Source: an uncultured Oscillospiraceae bacterium (GTDB lineage: Bacteria; Bacillota; Clostridia; Oscillospirales; Acutalibacteraceae). From it: 64,000 nt of DNA. Positions 18,671 to 26,852 of this stretch are shown piece after piece. Positions within the stretch are counted from its first letter, which is position 1; every line of letters starts with the position of its first letter. The position numbers and the translations under genes were made by a program. The stretch spans positions 7,033 through 71,032 of the forward strand of contig UQDO01000002.1 of assembly GCA_900539855.1 (NCBI GenBank), given 5' to 3'. The notes below the pieces were generated by a model. That model was not told the DNA's origin, searched no databases, and was given only the letters and a program-made list of their open reading frames with translations.

Positions 18671-18904
18671 CAGTCTGTCGATAAACCTCAAAGTCTACTC
18701 TTTCGTCGGTTATACTGCATTTTCTGTTTTTCCGCTGACATGCGCGGCGAAAAAACACCTTGTAAGCGAAAAACCGCAGAATATAGCGGTTTTTCAAGGA
18801 CACTGGGGTGGTATTGGCGGGGATAGAGCGCAGTCCGAAAATCTTTGATTTTCGAGCGAGCGGCATTCCCGTCCAAAAGCGTGTCGAATTTTTCGACACG
18901 CTCA
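18671..18904. repeat. 234-bp structured element, copy 1 (candidate sRNA or miniature mobile element)
   Basis: It differs from 38246-38479 by 3 substitutions in 234 bp. It contains internal hairpins (aaaaccgc-agaatata-gcggtttt, cgaaaatc-ttt-gattttcg, gcgtgtcgaa-ttt-ttcgacacgc). No protein-like ORF is present. Confidence 0.6.
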
Positions 18905-18936
18905 AATGACCTTCGGTCTGACCGGAGGTCATTACT
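18905..18936. repeat. 32-bp GC hairpin, right copy of the direct repeat flanking the 234-bp element
   Basis: It is identical to 18639-18670. Confidence 0.6.
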
Positions 18937-18958
18937 GCATATATGCATAAGCTATATA

Positions 18959-19318
18959 CTAATCTTCCACCGGAAGAACAAACCTTGAACAGTAACGTTT
19001 GGTTTCGATTTCACGACCGGTATACGGAGCAACGATGCCAAGTGCCCTCGGCGCGGCGGCAGGCTTTAAACCGTGCGCCTTTGCTTCCCTGCCAAGGGTC
19101 AGGCATGCCTCATCTGCACCGCTGTAATCGCCGCAGTACAGCACCGACAGTACTCCGGCTGTAAGTCCAAAAATCTGCACCGGCTTTAATTTTCCCGCAA
19201 ACAGCATGCGCCCGGCAAAAGCAGTCAAAATATTATTGCCGCGCACAGCGCGATTTAAAAATGTACGGCAAATAAAAATCGATCGGTATAATTCTTCTGA
19301 AATAACAGATAATAGCAT
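18959..19318 (-). CDS. Hypothetical protein; doubtful ORF
   Basis: The 119-aa ORF has no RBS and no recognisable motif. It leaves only 30 nt before the spoVT start. It may be non-coding. Confidence 0.25.
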   Translation of the reverse strand: MLLSVISEELYRSIFICRTFLNRAVRGNNILTAFAGRMLFAGKLKPVQIFGLTAGVLSVLYCGDYSGADEACLTLGREAKAHGLKPAAAPRALGIVAPYTGREIETKRYCSRFVLPVED

Positions 19319-19348
19319 TACAATTTAACGTAAAAGGAGCTTAAATAT

Positions 19349-19891
19349 ATGAAAGCAACAGGAATAGTCAGAAGAATAGACGACCTCGGCAGAGTGGTAA
19401 TTCCAAAGGAAATACGCCGCGTGCTGCGTATCCGCGACGGCGACCCGTTGGAGATATATACTGCCGGTGACGGCGAGGTCATTTTTAAAAAGTATTCGCC
19501 AATAGGAGAACTGTCCTCAACCGCCGCACAATATGCCGAAGCCATGATAAAGCATACCAACAGCCCGGTCATAATCTGCGACCGCGACCACTGCGTGGCA
19601 GCGGCAGGCGTAACAAGGCGCGAGGTGCTTGAAAGGCGTGTTTCACCGGCACTTGAAGAACTGATAGAATCGCGCTCGTCCTTTGTATACGACGATCCTA
19701 AGAAAAAGCCCATCGCAGCGCTTGAAGGATTTGACCGCAAAGCGGCAGTCGCAGTGCCTATCATAAGCTCCGGAGATTTAAGCGGTGCCGTGGTGCTGCT
19801 GCTCTCCGACACCGGCGCACTGCCTGACGAAACCGATATAAAGCTGACCCGTGTCGCAGCTGCCTTTTTGGGCAAACAGATGGAGGAATAA
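19349..19891 (+). CDS. spoVT: Stage V sporulation protein T (AbrB-N domain plus GAF-like domain)
   Basis: The N-terminus MKATGIVRRIDDLGRVVIPKEIRRVLRIRDGDPLEIY is characteristic of SpoVT/AbrB. The protein is 180 aa. An AAAAGGAG RBS is present. Confidence 0.85.
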   Translation: MKATGIVRRIDDLGRVVIPKEIRRVLRIRDGDPLEIYTAGDGEVIFKKYSPIGELSSTAAQYAEAMIKHTNSPVIICDRDHCVAAAGVTRREVLERRVSPALEELIESRSSFVYDDPKKKPIAALEGFDRKAAVAVPIISSGDLSGAVVLLLSDTGALPDETDIKLTRVAAAFLGKQMEE

Positions 19892-19998
19892 CCCATGCCA
19901 ACCCGACGGAAACAGATATACGTCGGGTTATCTGTGTCTTACCGGAAAGTAAAAAATAAAATTTCATCGCCTTTTTGGACACTTTTTTCAAAAATCAC

Positions 19999-20028
19999 TT
20001 GACAAAACCTTACAATAGGTATTATAAT
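19999..20028 (+). promoter_or_regulatory. Sigma-A-type promoter driving the tRNA pair
   Basis: TTGACA at 19999-20004 and TATAAT at 20023-20028 are separated by an 18-bp spacer. This places the element 26 nt upstream of tRNA-Met. Confidence 0.5.
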
Positions 20029-20053
20029 AGCAAAGTCGCGTGAGCGATGTTTA

Positions 20054-20130
20054 TGGCGGTATAGCTCAGTTGGCTAGAGCACTCGGTTCATACCCGATTT
20101 GTCGTTGGTTCAAGTCCAATTACCGCTACC
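20054..20130 (+). tRNA. tRNA-Met (anticodon CAT)
   Basis: The cloverleaf GGCGGTATAGCTCAGTTGGCTAGAGCACTCGGTTCATACCCGA...GGTTCAAGTCCAATTACCGCTACCA is close to Bacillus elongator tRNA-Met. CCA is encoded. Confidence 0.8.
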
Positions 20131-20170
20131 ATAATTATCCGCGTTCCGGTGTACCGGGACGCGGATTACC

Positions 20171-20245
20171 CGGCCCGGTGGTCAAGCGGCTAAGACACCG
20201 CCCTTTCACGGCGGTAACACGAGTTCGATTCTCGTCCGGGTCACC
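20171..20245 (+). tRNA. tRNA-Glu (anticodon TTC)
   Basis: The sequence GGCCCGGTGGTCAAGCGGCTAAGACACCGCCCTTTCACGGCGGTAACACGAGTTCGATTCTCGTCCGGGTCACCA is near-identical to the canonical Firmicute tRNA-Glu. Confidence 0.85.
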
Positions 20246-20276
20246 AAAAGCACTTGCAGCGCAGGTGCTTTTTTTC
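20246..20276 (+). terminator. Terminator after tRNA-Glu
   Basis: The hairpin gcacttgc-agc-gcaggtgc is followed by TTTTTTT. Confidence 0.5.
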
Positions 20277-20359
20277 ATAGCCGGACTATTGACAGTCATA
20301 AAATTGACGTTTAAAATTATATTATGATCAGTATACTTTTTGATAGCGGAGGTAAATAT

Positions 20360-21187
20360 ATGAACCTTGAAGCTTTTCTTTCATCGCTCCAGAGCTGGGT
20401 TACGAATGTCGGTATAAAAATTGTCATTGCCGTGATAATTCTTATTATCTCCTTTTTGGTGATCAATAAAATAAGCAAATCTATAGAGAAAAAATCACTC
20501 GATTTCCAAAAGAAAAACGGCAAAAAAATTGACCACACGGTCTATCGTACGCTGTCGTATGTGGCAAAAACAGGTCTGAAGATACTTGTCGTACTGGCGC
20601 TTATCGGTTATCTCGGCATAGATACCTCAGCGGTTTCCGCACTTATCGCCTCTCTCGGCGTCGGCGTCGGCCTTGCCGTAAACGGCACGCTGTCGAACCT
20701 TGCCGGCGGCATACTTCTGCTGCTTACGCGCCCGTTTTGCGACGGCGATTTTATATCGGCAAACGGCTATGAGGGCACTGTCGAGGATATTTTTATATGC
20801 AACACGAAAATACGCACCTATGACAACAAGGTTGTATATCTTCCGAACGGCAAGCTCTCGTCAAGCGAGATCGTTAACTACTCGGAAAAGCCCACGCGCC
20901 GTGTCGATCTGACCTTTTCGATATCGTATTCCGATGACTTTGAAAAGGCAGCAGGTCTGATCCGTGAGGTTGCCGCCTCCAATCCGCTTATTCTTAAAGA
21001 TCCTGCCCCAAGCGCGCGCATAACAAAGCACGGGGACAGCAGCATAGACATATTTTCCACCGTGTGGTGCAAAACAGAGGATTACTGGACCGTTTACTTT
21101 GACATGAACGAACAGGTCAAGAAAACGTTTGATGAAAACGGTATTTCCATACCGTTCCCACAGCTCGACGTTCATCTTGACAAATGA
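20360..21187 (+). CDS. mscS: Small-conductance mechanosensitive channel (MscS family)
   Basis: The protein has N-terminal TM helices and the conserved MscS pore and beta-domain pattern GVGLAVNGTLSNLAGGILLLLTRPF. A GGAGGT RBS precedes the start MNLEAFL. Confidence 0.8.
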   Translation: MNLEAFLSSLQSWVTNVGIKIVIAVIILIISFLVINKISKSIEKKSLDFQKKNGKKIDHTVYRTLSYVAKTGLKILVVLALIGYLGIDTSAVSALIASLGVGVGLAVNGTLSNLAGGILLLLTRPFCDGDFISANGYEGTVEDIFICNTKIRTYDNKVVYLPNGKLSSSEIVNYSEKPTRRVDLTFSISYSDDFEKAAGLIREVAASNPLILKDPAPSARITKHGDSSIDIFSTVWCKTEDYWTVYFDMNEQVKKTFDENGISIPFPQLDVHLDK

Positions 21188-21208
21188 TCGGTATGATTTC
21201 CGGCATAA

Positions 21209-21238
21209 AACAGACCGGCAGGAATATCCCCTGCCGGC
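21209..21238. repeat. GC hairpin of the gaccggcagg...cctgccgg family; terminator-like after mscS
   Basis: gaccggcaggaatatcccctgccggcc is near-identical to 38218-38246. Confidence 0.4.
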
Positions 21239-21264
21239 CGTTTAGTATTATGTATATATGTATT

Positions 21265-21284
21265 GGTGAATTTTAGTTTAGAGG
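21265..21284. repeat. Solo copy of the GGTGAATTTTAGTTTA repeat-family terminus
   Basis: It shares 16 bp with 38170-38185. No partner arm was found nearby. Confidence 0.4.
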
Positions 21285-21480
21285 TATTAAATGCGAAAAT
21301 TCCAATTCAGCGCTTGTATGGCAGGTGCCCCACGATGTGCAAATCAGTTTTTATGTTTATTATCGAACAGCCTTAAATTTAAAATGTCGTTCATATAGTC
21401 CGGTACATGTTTTTATCATATTTGCGTTTTGGTAAATTATATTGTATAATTAATATATACTTTTAAAAATGTGGTGCTGT

Positions 21481-22056
21481 ATGAACAAGGAAATTCTGAC
21501 GGAACAAAGGATCTCTGCCGACTGCAACAAGACGATGCGTTTGCGCCTTTTTAACGCTCTTTTTTTCGTCGCCGTAGCCGCCGTGCCGGTATTGCTCGTT
21601 ATTATCACACCCTCACCGTTTTCACCGGAATTGCAGGTGTGGTTCCTCCGCGCTTTGTCGGCGCTGGCATGGGCAGTTTGTATTGCGGCAGTCGCCGTCG
21701 CGGTGTATAAGACTACTGTCGCGACTGTTGTTATCGTGCGCCTGCTGCGTAAAGGATTTACCGTTGTGACCGACAATGTGAAATCGGCAGATATCTACAG
21801 CAAGTACCGCTGCGGCTTTTTCGACGGTGATAAAATACACTGTACAAATTGTACATGCCGGATCATGCGCTTCAGAAAATACGGCAGATACTATCCGTGC
21901 CGGGGCGCGGGTCTGCCAGAACGGGCATGGATCCTGGAGGAAGATCCTCCTTTTAAAATAGAGGCTGGGGATCCGTATTATCTTGTGCTTGCAAAGAAAA
22001 GAATAGTCGGGGTCTACAACCGAAAGTATTATGAGTTTGAAGGCGGGGAGCAATGA
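21481..22056 (+). CDS. Hypothetical membrane protein with a Cys-rich C-terminal domain
   Basis: Two hydrophobic helices are followed by KIHCTNCTCRIM...YYPCRGAG. No homology was recognised. Confidence 0.5.
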   Translation: MNKEILTEQRISADCNKTMRLRLFNALFFVAVAAVPVLLVIITPSPFSPELQVWFLRALSALAWAVCIAAVAVAVYKTTVATVVIVRLLRKGFTVVTDNVKSADIYSKYRCGFFDGDKIHCTNCTCRIMRFRKYGRYYPCRGAGLPERAWILEEDPPFKIEAGDPYYLVLAKKRIVGVYNRKYYEFEGGEQ

Positions 22057-22059
22057 TAA

Positions 22060-22100
22060 AACCTCCCGAAGCGTTACAGAGCTTCGGGAGGTTTTTATTT
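22060..22100. terminator. Bidirectional terminator between convergent genes
   Basis: The hairpin aacctcccgaagc-gttacaga-gcttcgggaggtt is flanked by A and T runs. Confidence 0.55.
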
Positions 22101-22712
22101 TATAAGCTTTTCAAATTCACTGTCGCGGTCGATTTTGCCGCTTACAAAGCCGGGTATATCTTTTATCGACCTGCATATACTGAGACTGAATCCCGTCAGC
22201 ACCTCACCGATCTTTGCTTTTGAATAAGGGTATCTGCCGGTCACGGTAAGGGTGGCTATGCTGTGAACCACAAGCCACATATCACTGAAATACCGGTCTG
22301 CCTCCGCTTCGGTCATGCCGTATATTTTCATGATCGACGGGCGCACCTCAGCCATCGACCTGTGCACCGTTAACAAAGGATCGGCACTCCTTTCATCCGG
22401 TGACAAAAACAGCAGCCTGTAAAGCTCAGGCTCGTCCGCCGCAAAGGCAATATACTGCATACCGTACCCTAAAAACGGGATCCTTTCGGACAGTCCCTTT
22501 CTTACATACCGCTCAAATATTTCCTCAGCCGCCGAAATAACCTCACCCTTAAGGCTGTCCATCGTGCCGAAGCATGTGAATATCGGCTGCGTAGACGTGC
22601 CGAGCTCCTTTGCCATCGACTTTGCAGTCAGCGCCACGGCGCCGCCTTTCTGCACAACCCTTAAAGCCGCTTCGGTCATCTGCTTTCTTGTGAATTTGAT
22701 CTTTGGTGCCAT
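22095..22712 (-). CDS. TetR/AcrR family transcriptional regulator
   Basis: An N-terminal HTH spans FTRKQMTEAALRVVQKGGAVALTAKSMAKELGTSTQPIF. The start at M4 follows an AGGGGAA RBS. Confidence 0.75.
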   Translation of the reverse strand: MAPKIKFTRKQMTEAALRVVQKGGAVALTAKSMAKELGTSTQPIFTCFGTMDSLKGEVISAAEEIFERYVRKGLSERIPFLGYGMQYIAFAADEPELYRLLFLSPDERSADPLLTVHRSMAEVRPSIMKIYGMTEAEADRYFSDMWLVVHSIATLTVTGRYPYSKAKIGEVLTGFSLSICRSIKDIPGFVSGKIDRDSEFEKLIK

Positions 22713-22814
22713 TATTATCATTCCCCTGACGCGGACTTTTATACACCTTGCAATATATATCTATAATTATACATAAACCAGCCGGTTTGTCAACAGAAAT
22801 GCCGGCAAAAGATC

Positions 22815-24554
22815 TCACATTTTTATCTTATCGGTCGTACCCGTGCCCTTGAACTGCAGCGAATACAGCTCGGCGTATATACCGTTTCTGGCTATAAGCT
22901 CGTCATGCGTACCCTCCTCGGCAACGCTGCCCGACGAAATCACAGCAATATGATCGGCGTTCTTGACGGTTGAGAGCCTGTGCGCCACAACTACAGTCGT
23001 TCTGCCGTGGCAAAGCTCCTCCAAAGACCGTTGTATAAGTATTTCGGTCGTGTTATCGAGCGCGCTGGTCGCTTCGTCGAGTATAAGTATAGGCGGATCC
23101 TTTAAAAACACCCTTGCTATTGCAAGGCGCTGCTTCTGACCGCCCGAAAGCCTAACGCCGCGCTCACCCACCACCGTATCGTAACCGTTTGGCAGCGACA
23201 TTATATAATCATGTATGTTGGCGCGTTTCGCTGCGGCAATTATTTCTTCCTCCGTGGCATCGGGACGACCGTAGAGGATATTATCCCTCATGCTGGAATT
23301 GAACAGGTAAACGTCCTGCTGGACTATACCTATGTTGCGCCTTAATGACTCCAATGTCACGGTGTCTATATTTCTGCCGCCTATATCTATCTCGCCGTTT
23401 TTAAGCGTGTAAAACCTCGGTATCAGGTGGCATATGGTGGTCTTGCCGCCGCCTGACGGTCCGACCAGCGCGAAGGTCTCGCCGTCCTTAATATTCAGAT
23501 CGATATGCTTCAAGACCTCGCTTGTCTCATCGTACCCATAGGAAACATCCTTAAATGTGATGCCGCCCGACAGTCTGTCCACGCTTTCGGCACCGTCGGT
23601 GTCATGCTCAGGCGGTGTGTCCATGATCTCCAAAAATCTTGAAAAGCCGGTAACGCCGTCCTGATACTGCTCGACAAAGTTAATAAGTGTATTAAGCGGA
23701 TTTAAAAACAGGCTGATAGAGACAAAAAAGGCGGAATAATCGGCAAAATCTATGGTACCCTTATAAAGGAACAGACCGCCTGCTATCAGCACGACGACAT
23801 TAAGCACATCGGTCACGAATTTGGTCGATGAGAAAAAGCGCCCCATGGCGTCGTACGCCCTGCTTCTTGCTGAAACAAACTCCTTGTTGCTCTCCTCGAA
23901 CTTTTCCTCCTCGGCGGCGGAATTAGTGAACGCCTTGGTGGTGCGGATACCCGAAATGCTGTTTTCAAGCGAGGCGTTTATTCTTGCGGTAGCTTTGCGG
24001 CTGTCTAAAAAAGCGTCATGCATCTTTTTCCTTAAGGTCGACGAAATGACAGCCAGAAACGGTATGCATGTGAAGATTATAAGAGTCAGCCAGATATTTA
24101 TGGTTGCAAGATATATAAACGACGTCACGAGCGATATCGACGATACTATTATGTTTTCCGGTCCGTGATGCGCCAGCTCGCTGACGTCCATAAGGTCGCT
24201 GGTCATGCGCGACATTATTTTGCCGGTCTCATGATTATCAAAAAAGCTGTATGGCAGTGTTTCAAGATGCCTGAACATTTCGCTTCGCATCTGTGCCTGC
24301 ATTTTGACGCCCATGACGTGCCCTTTATACTGAATAAAATAATTGAGCAGCATACGGATGACGTATATCACAAGAAGTCCTGTGCCGAAGGCTATTATCA
24401 TGGAATAATTGCGCTCGGGGATAAGCTCGCCCAGCATTTTGCGCGTAACTATGGGGTAAAGTATACCTATTGCCGCGACCGCGAATGACGCAAGCATATC
24501 AAGTGTGAATATAAGTTTATGAGGCTTATAGTAAGCTAAGAAGCGTTTGAGCAT
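22815..24554 (-). CDS. ABC transporter ATP-binding/permease protein (MsbA-like exporter)
   Basis: Six TM helices precede an NBD with Walker A GPSGGGKTT, signature LSGGQKQR and Walker B ILILDEATS. The protein is 579 aa. Confidence 0.85.
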   Translation of the reverse strand: MLKRFLAYYKPHKLIFTLDMLASFAVAAIGILYPIVTRKMLGELIPERNYSMIIAFGTGLLVIYVIRMLLNYFIQYKGHVMGVKMQAQMRSEMFRHLETLPYSFFDNHETGKIMSRMTSDLMDVSELAHHGPENIIVSSISLVTSFIYLATINIWLTLIIFTCIPFLAVISSTLRKKMHDAFLDSRKATARINASLENSISGIRTTKAFTNSAAEEEKFEESNKEFVSARSRAYDAMGRFFSSTKFVTDVLNVVVLIAGGLFLYKGTIDFADYSAFFVSISLFLNPLNTLINFVEQYQDGVTGFSRFLEIMDTPPEHDTDGAESVDRLSGGITFKDVSYGYDETSEVLKHIDLNIKDGETFALVGPSGGGKTTICHLIPRFYTLKNGEIDIGGRNIDTVTLESLRRNIGIVQQDVYLFNSSMRDNILYGRPDATEEEIIAAAKRANIHDYIMSLPNGYDTVVGERGVRLSGGQKQRLAIARVFLKDPPILILDEATSALDNTTEILIQRSLEELCHGRTTVVVAHRLSTVKNADHIAVISSGSVAEEGTHDELIARNGIYAELYSLQFKGTGTTDKIKM

Positions 24555-24774
24555 GTATATTTACCTCCCATATGTAAATCATGCCAATTAATTATAACAC
24601 TATAGGACACATAAAAGCAAGTTGATTATTAGAGCCCGGCAGACAAAAGCAGAGCGGCTTTGAGGGTCATTACAAGCGGCGTTTTGCATAGGCTTGAAAG
24701 TCTTTATAAAAAATGTTATATTGTTTATGATAAATGCCTGTTAAAACGGAATCAAAGCAAAGGACGTGACCTTA

Positions 24775-25703
24775 TGACACTTCAGCAGCTTCATTACTGC
24801 ATAGTTATTTCCGAGACCGGCTCCATGAACAAGGCGGCGGAGCAGCTTTACGTCACCCAGCCGTCGCTGACCGGTGCCGTAAAGGAGCTTGAAAAGGAGC
24901 TTGGAATAACTATATTTCACCGCAGCGGCAGGGGCGTTTCGCTGACAGTCGACGGTGAGGAATTTATGACCCTTGCGCGTCAGCTATATCACCAGTACGA
25001 GACCCTTGCCGAAAAATACGGACCGGGCGGCAATTTAAAGCGCAAGTTCGGCGTCTCGACCCAGCATTATTCCTTCGCGGTCAGGGCGTTTGTCGAAACG
25101 GTAAAGGACTTCGACCCCGAAAAATACGAATTTGCCGTGCGCGAGACCAAAACGCGCGAGGTCATAGACGACGTAAGAACCCAGCGCAGTGAGATAGGAC
25201 TGCTGTATTTAAGCGACTTTAACCGCAGCGTCATAACGAGAATCCTTGCCTCAAATGATCTTGAATTTCACAGGCTGATAGACTGCCGGGTGTATGTCTA
25301 CCTCTGGAAAGGGCATCCGTTGGCTGATAACGCCAGCATTTCGCCCGAGGAACTGAACGACTACCCCTGCCTTTCGTTTGAACAGGGCGACGGCAGCTCC
25401 TTCTATTTCGCGGAGGAAATATTCGCAAGAAACGAATTTCCGCAGACCATAAAAGCCAACGACCGCGCAACCATGCTCAACCTCATGGTTGGACTGAACG
25501 GCTTTACGCTGTGCTCCGGCATCATATGCGAGGAATTAAACGGCGACGACTACCGCGCTGTGCCATACAGCGGCGACGACCCCGGCGGAATTATGGAGAT
25601 AGGCTATATAACGCGCAAAAATCAGGTCATGAGCAGCATAGGCAGCCTCTACATCGAAAAAATCAAGGACTATCTCGGCAGGTGCAAAGCCACCGAGTTA
25701 TAA
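24775..25703 (+). CDS. LysR family transcriptional regulator (possibly MtaR/MetR-like, given the metQNI neighbour)
   Basis: The protein reads MTLQQLHYCIVISETGSMNKAAEQLYVTQPSLTGAVKELEKELG. The start is taken at 24775, because the longer ORF lacks an RBS. Confidence 0.75.
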
Positions 25704-25922
25704 GTTTTTCTTATAACCTACTATTCTAATCAAGTATTGGACAAATGAATGCAGATGTAGTATACTTCACTCAACGAAACGAAAGGAGATGAGCCGCTGT
25801 GAAAACGGGACAGCAATATAAATACATTAAAGGCGGCTGTCGCCTGCCATGTTTTTGTTTCCGAATGTGTCGCATGTGAAAGATGATCCGGTAAACAATA
25901 AACAGATAAATTTCGAAAGGTA

Positions 25923-26774
25923 ATGATAAAAATGAAAAAGATACTTGCACTTGTACTTTCAGCAGCACTCGCAGTTCTGGCACTTGCCGGATGCGGAAGC
26001 AGCAACAGACTGACCATAGCCGTTCCGAGCGACGCCACCAACGAGGCACGCGCACTGCTCCTGCTTGAGTCAAAGGGATACATCACCCTTAAAGAGGGTG
26101 CCGGCATCACTGCCACCGTCAAGGATATCAAGGACAACCCCAAGAACATCAAGTTCCAGGAGGTTGAAGCCGCACAGGTTCCCAACGCGCTCAAGGATTG
26201 CGACTACGCTATAATCAATTCAAACTACGCAATTTCGGCAGGACTCAATCCCGTTAAGGACTCGCTTGCCATCGAAGGCTCATCCTCGGCATACAGCAAC
26301 ATTTTAGCCGTCAAGGAAGGCAATGAGAACACCGACAAGATCAAGGCGCTCAAAGCAGCACTTGAAAGCAAGAAGGTCGCGGATTTCATCACCGAGAAAT
26401 ACGACGGCGCTGTGGTCAGCACCGTTTCAAATCCCGGCGACGGATTTGACTCATCGGTAGATTACGATAAGCTCAAGGGTACTACAGTCAGTGTTGCCGC
26501 TTCGCCGACACCGCACGCCGAGATTCTGGCTGTTGCAAGAGAGATACTTGCCGAGAAGGACATCACCCTTGACATTAAGGAGTTCACCGATTACGTCCAG
26601 CCCAACAAGGTCGTTGACAGTGGTGAGGTCGATGCAAACTACTTCCAGCACCTTCCCTACCTTGAGGACTTCAACAAGCAGAACGGCACAAAGGTCGTGT
26701 CGGTCGCCGCTATACACGTTGAGCCGATGGGTCTCTACGGCGGAAAGCAGTCATCGCTTGACGCACTCAAATAA
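25923..26774 (+). CDS. metQ: Methionine ABC transporter substrate-binding lipoprotein (MetQ/NlpA family)
   Basis: A lipoprotein signal MKKILALVLSAALAVLALAGCGSS is followed by an NlpA-family body. Confidence 0.8.
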   Translation: MIKMKKILALVLSAALAVLALAGCGSSNRLTIAVPSDATNEARALLLLESKGYITLKEGAGITATVKDIKDNPKNIKFQEVEAAQVPNALKDCDYAIINSNYAISAGLNPVKDSLAIEGSSSAYSNILAVKEGNENTDKIKALKAALESKKVADFITEKYDGAVVSTVSNPGDGFDSSVDYDKLKGTTVSVAASPTPHAEILAVAREILAEKDITLDIKEFTDYVQPNKVVDSGEVDANYFQHLPYLEDFNKQNGTKVVSVAAIHVEPMGLYGGKQSSLDALK

Positions 26775-26852
26775 AGACAACAAATAAATTGAATGAACTT
26801 AACGCTGTCCGCTGAAAACAGGCGGACAGCGTTAATTCGGTTGGAGAAGCAT

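Noticed and set aside
18671-18904. The 234-bp element was considered as tmRNA, SRP RNA, RNase P RNA, 6S RNA, a retron msr/msd or a CRISPR repeat.
   Set aside because: From memory, the conserved motifs of tmRNA, SRP, RNase P and group II domain V are absent. There is no adjacent RT, TnpB, IscB or cas gene. Only two copies exist 19.6 kb apart, which rules out an array. It is left as unclassified.
18420-18932. A 170-aa minus-strand ORF and a 68-aa plus-strand ORF span the 234-bp element, with a counterpart at 38214-38552.
   Set aside because: The reading frames run through terminator hairpins and differ at their ends between the two copies. The composition is not protein-like. They are artefacts of an open frame in a repeat.
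25704-25922. A possible SAM riboswitch or T-box lies upstream of metQ.
   Set aside because: On inspection, neither the S-box core (GGAGGGA...GCCC...) nor the T-box AGGGUGGNACCGCG motif is present. Only a generic hairpin is found.
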